From IMG/VR virus record IMGVR_UViG_3300003322_000362: a stretch of 27,841 bases of DNA. The stretch is one strand, 5' to 3'. A program made the position numbers and the translations under genes. Positions 25,256 through 27,841 of the stretch are shown one piece after another. Under the pieces are notes generated by a model. The model was not told the origin of the DNA, did not search any database, and was given only the letters and a program-made list of their open reading frames with translations. Origin of the DNA: an uncultured virus (IMG/VR IMGVR_UViG_3300003322_000362) (Duplodnaviria; Heunggongvirae; Uroviricota; Caudoviricetes; Crassvirales). Each line of letters starts with the position of its first letter. The first letter of the stretch is position 1.

Positions 25256-25395
25256 AATCTTTTATCTTGGTTTTTACATAGAGAGTAGAAAAAACTTAAC
25301 CTCTTGAATCAAAAACTACTTCTCTGTGTCATCAAATCTACTTAGTATAACCCGACTAAGTTGTAGTCTTTGAAACTACTAGATTTAAAGATTAT
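25254..25395 (-). ncRNA. candidate structured intergenic RNA (multi-branch)
   Basis: Nested stems ATAATCTTT/AAAGATTAT, AAATCTA/TAGATTT, GTAGT/ACTAC, CTTAGT/ACTAAG, ACACAGAGAAGTAG/CTACTCTCTATGT; strand assumed from flanking genes. Confidence 0.55.
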
Positions 25396-25664
25396 TAATT
25401 CTTATTATATCTTTTATCTAATTCAGCTTGAAATATAATAGCTTCTTCATCACTAATTTTATTTTGATTACTATAGATTATTACATCTTCTTTCCATTTA
25501 GTTAATTTATCTATAATATTATCAACTCTCTTTAAATATTCGATCATAATTTCTTTCTCAATTATCATATCATTTTGTACAATATTTACTAATTCTCTAA
25601 CATCACCAGCTATCGCTCTTCCTTTATTAAATAGGTCTTCAGTATCTTTAATTTTAATTTTCAT
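25395..25664 (-). CDS. hypothetical protein
   Basis: 89-aa ORF. Confidence 0.7.
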   Translation of the reverse strand: MKIKIKDTEDLFNKGRAIAGDVRELVNIVQNDMIIEKEIMIEYLKRVDNIIDKLTKWKEDVIIYSNQNKISDEEAIIFQAELDKRYNKN

Positions 25665-26080
25665 ATTTTATGTATAGTTAAAATTATAGGATTTAATTGA
25701 CCAGCTAATTCAATACTCTTCTTTATTTCTAATAGTAAGAGATTATAATCTACTTCATTAATTTTAAAGATTTTAGCTCCTTCTATACTAATTTCATGAA
25801 TTTCTTTATTATCAATTACTACAAATCCAGGTTTATAATCTCTTTCTAAAGCTCTTTTAATTATTTTACCTGGAATATTATCATAATGAAGATCTTCAGG
25901 CTTTATTTTAATATAGAAATTATCTGGTAGTGGTTGATAACATTCTTTAATAGGAGTTGGATGTTCTCTTTTATATCTATTCTTAATCTTATTTCTTTTA
26001 ATAGCTTCAAGAACAAGAATATAAACTCCTAAACTAACTCCAGTAATGACTAATACAATTAAATCTTTATTTTCTATCAT
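25661..26080 (-). CDS. hypothetical protein with N-terminal TM anchor
   Basis: LIVLVITGVSLGVYILVL followed by a basic cluster. Confidence 0.7.
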   Translation of the reverse strand: MIENKDLIVLVITGVSLGVYILVLEAIKRNKIKNRYKREHPTPIKECYQPLPDNFYIKIKPEDLHYDNIPGKIIKRALERDYKPGFVVIDNKEIHEISIEGAKIFKINEVDYNLLLLEIKKSIELAGQLNPIILTIHKI

Positions 26081-26265
26081 ATATTAACTTTAGTATAATT
26101 TATAATCTTTTTCTTTTGTGTATCATAAAGATAATACCACTTATTTTCTTCAAATGATATTCCACTATTAAATATAATAGTAGCTTCTGCTAAAGAATCA
26201 TAAGCTCCTACTATTGTATCTTTGCCTATTTTAAAATCTCTATGTCGTATTTCATATCTATACAT
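26077..26265 (-). CDS. hypothetical protein
   Basis: 62-aa ORF, ATGA coupled. Confidence 0.65.
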   Translation of the reverse strand: MYRYEIRHRDFKIGKDTIVGAYDSLAEATIIFNSGISFEENKWYYLYDTQKKKIINYTKVNI

Positions 26266-26273
26266 AAAAATAA

Positions 26274-26426
26274 AAAATAATATTATTAACTACATTATAT
26301 ACTATTATATTCGAGTGATCACTCTTTTATCTGGCATTCTATATCTATGTGGCTTGATCCTATAATTCCGTCTGAATTATAATATAACAGTTGTAGTATT
26401 GCATATATCTATAATAATATTATTTT
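26274..26426 (-). ncRNA. candidate structured intergenic RNA / long hairpin
   Basis: Perfect 15-bp terminal inverted repeat (26274-26288/26412-26426) enclosing ACTACA/TGTAGT, ACTGTTATATT/AATATAATAGT, ATAATTC/GAATTAT, GATCA/TGATC stems; strand assumed. Confidence 0.55.
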
Positions 26427-26434
26427 ATCTTTAG

Positions 26435-26596
26435 TTAAGCAGCTACTTCAAAATTATAACTAGGAAAATATCTTTTACAAGCAGTTGCTGCTGTTTTACT
26501 ATTAGCTCCTTTAATATAGAATGTTTTTGTTTTACCACTATAATTAGCTTCGCAATTATAATTATCTCTAACAAATATTCTTACTTCTGCTTTCAT
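26435..26596 (-). CDS. hypothetical 53-aa protein (not in ORF track)
   Basis: MKAEVRIFVRDNYNCEANYSGKTKTFYIKGANSKTAATACKRYFPSYNFEVAA*; starts 1 nt after the upstream stop. Confidence 0.7.
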   Translation of the reverse strand: MKAEVRIFVRDNYNCEANYSGKTKTFYIKGANSKTAATACKRYFPSYNFEVAA

Positions 26597-26597
26597 A

Positions 26598-27041
26598 TTA
26601 CTTTAAGTTTATAATATATTTAATTATTTCATTAAGCTTATTTTCAATTCTATCAATACTGGAAGCCCATGAATAAGGTCTTACATCAATATTATTTGGC
26701 TTACTAATAAGTATACATATTTTTTTAGGTGAATTATTACTTCCTGCTAAAAATGGATGATCTTTAAAAGCATTATTTTTAGAATAATTAATATCATCTG
26801 TTATGTTATAAGTATAACTATTATCTAGTAAATAAACTCTATCACCTATTTTAGGTTTAGTATCTTCTTTAATCTTATTATTTTCTCTGATAATAGCTTT
26901 TTCAGCTTTACTAAAATCTAAAGTAAAATGACTAGCTGCTTTTATAACTCTATTATAAAAATCTACATCTGTTTCATCTCTATATCTAATAAAATAAGAA
27001 TAATATTGATTAAATAAATGATTTTTCTCACTATTTGTCAT
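26598..27041 (-). CDS. hypothetical protein
   Basis: 147-aa ORF; contains KIGDRV (SH3/KOW-like strand). Confidence 0.7.
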   Translation of the reverse strand: MTNSEKNHLFNQYYSYFIRYRDETDVDFYNRVIKAASHFTLDFSKAEKAIIRENNKIKEDTKPKIGDRVYLLDNSYTYNITDDINYSKNNAFKDHPFLAGSNNSPKKICILISKPNNIDVRPYSWASSIDRIENKLNEIIKYIINLK

Positions 27042-27042
27042 A

Positions 27043-27120
27043 TTAATATGGTATTCTAAGTTTAGCTCTAATTTTTATAGTAGGAAGATCTTTACATATT
27101 GTATGAAATGCACATCTCAT
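27043..27120 (-). CDS. hypothetical 25-aa peptide (not in ORF track)
   Basis: MRCAFHTICKDLPTIKIRAKLRIPY*; fills the gap with 3-nt and 1-nt spacings. Confidence 0.5.
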   Translation of the reverse strand: MRCAFHTICKDLPTIKIRAKLRIPY

Positions 27121-27123
27121 ATA

Positions 27124-27306
27124 TTATACTTTAAAAGGATTATTTATATCGTTCTCAGGTCTCCAAGTAAGAACTATTTCTTTAGCTCTTAAATATTTAT
27201 TCAAAGCTGTTAATACAGTATTTCTTTTACTCTTTTTAGATTCTCCTATTACAGCCATAGCTAAAAAATATATAGCTATTTCATGAAATGCAGTTCTTGT
27301 ATTCAT
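27124..27306 (-). CDS. hypothetical protein
   Basis: 60-aa ORF. Confidence 0.65.
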   Translation of the reverse strand: MNTRTAFHEIAIYFLAMAVIGESKKSKRNTVLTALNKYLRAKEIVLTWRPENDINNPFKV

Positions 27307-27311
27307 ATTAT

Positions 27312-27578
27312 CTAAAGTATTAATAAATCAGCTTCAAATCTATATTTTTCTCCTTTAATCATTTTATTATATCCTTCATTCCAATTATCAGAATTAAATT
27401 CAGGATTTATAAAAGCAATAGTTTTATCATTCTCAGTATATATACCACCACAACCAACATAAGCAGCATTAGCAAATATTTCTTTTGCTGCTCTAGCTAA
27501 AGGGCACTCTCTATTATCAGCAAATGGTATATTTTTATCAAAATGTTTTTCTGTTATTATCAATTTAGATTTTGTCAT
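27312..27578 (-). CDS. hypothetical protein (CPLARA motif)
   Basis: 88-aa ORF, IT..H....CPLARA pattern seen in small phage proteins. Confidence 0.7.
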   Translation of the reverse strand: MTKSKLIITEKHFDKNIPFADNRECPLARAAKEIFANAAYVGCGGIYTENDKTIAFINPEFNSDNWNEGYNKMIKGEKYRFEADLLIL

Positions 27579-27595
27579 ATCTTTTAATATTTAAA

Positions 27596-27705
27596 ATAAT
27601 AGTATTAATAGCTCTTCAACTTTTAGTCTGACCAAGTTTTATCTTGGTGAATCGCGATTGCTTAGCTCCACGGCTGTGATGTGACACGTGTATTAATACT
27701 ATTAT
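27596..27705 (-). ncRNA. candidate structured intergenic element
   Basis: Perfect 15-bp inverted repeat (27596-27610/27691-27705) around a GC-richer 80-nt core with hairpin ACCAAG-ATAAAA-CTTGGT and palindromes AATCGCGATT, CACGTG; strand assumed. Confidence 0.55.
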
Positions 27706-27709
27706 ATCT

Positions 27710-27808
27710 TTATACAAATGCAATACCTAATACTAAAATAGCAATTTGAGCTACACAATAGATTGCAGTAAGATTACTTGCAATAATTTCTTGTTTCTTA
27801 TTTTTCAT
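27710..27808 (-). CDS. 32-aa single-pass membrane peptide (not in ORF track)
   Basis: MKNKKQEIIASNLTAIYCVAQIAILVLGIAFV*. Confidence 0.6.
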   Translation of the reverse strand: MKNKKQEIIASNLTAIYCVAQIAILVLGIAFV

Positions 27809-27841
27809 AATTTTATTTGTTTTATTATTTTGTACCAGAGA

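Noticed and set aside
25270..25340. Hammerhead ribozyme (TTGATGA followed by a stem on the minus strand)
   Set aside because: The core should be CTGANGA and the GAAA after stem II is absent (AAAAAC). No stem III or cleavage triplet is evident.
25334..25386. Canonical tRNA-Leu(CAA) gene
   Set aside because: No D arm, no TTCRA loop and no CCA end; kept only as a tRNA-like fold.
1..27841. Stop-codon reassignment (TAG or TGA), known in some crAss-like phages
   Set aside because: Long conserved genes are intact in the standard code. TGA ends many genes in ATGA overlaps and TAG ends a few, with no fragmentation. Late genes outside the window cannot be judged.
1..27841. CRISPR array, DGR, integrase or base-modification (e.g. 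PurZ, dU-DNA) system
   Set aside because: No repeat-spacer array, reverse transcriptase, recombinase or base-modification enzyme was recognised. UNG with ThyX argues for ordinary thymine DNA.

Overview
An AT-rich, densely coding segment of a lytic dsDNA phage, read almost entirely from the minus strand in the standard genetic code. Gene content and order resemble the replication and early region of Crassvirales-like phages. TAnnTT(T/C)(G/A) promoter boxes and the lack of obvious Shine-Dalgarno sites point to a Bacteroidota host (inference). In transcription order (right to left) the window holds about 25 small, mostly unknown genes, including an acyl carrier protein, a pyrimidine-dimer glycosylase, a lipoprotein and a secreted lysozyme-fold enzyme. 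These are followed by family A DNA polymerase, ATP-dependent ligase, SF2 helicase, DnaB-like helicase, a Sak4-like AAA ATPase, primase, a RusA-like resolvase, a PD-(D/E)XK exonuclease, uracil-DNA glycosylase, dNMP kinase and ThyX. Three signals are not explained by the gene list. (i) Three intergenic multi-stem elements lie in the early region (25254-25395, 26274-26426, 27596-27705), each closed by a perfect inverted repeat and sharing a CCA(A)GATAAAA motif. (ii) A lone plus-strand 39-aa gene converges on the lysozyme-like gene, and the two share an in-frame 15-bp inverted repeat whose inversion would swap their C-termini. (iii) A GC-rich patch sits inside the ung gene. No tRNA, CRISPR array, integrase, intron or intein was recognised. 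All protein assignments come from motif recognition by eye, not database searches.
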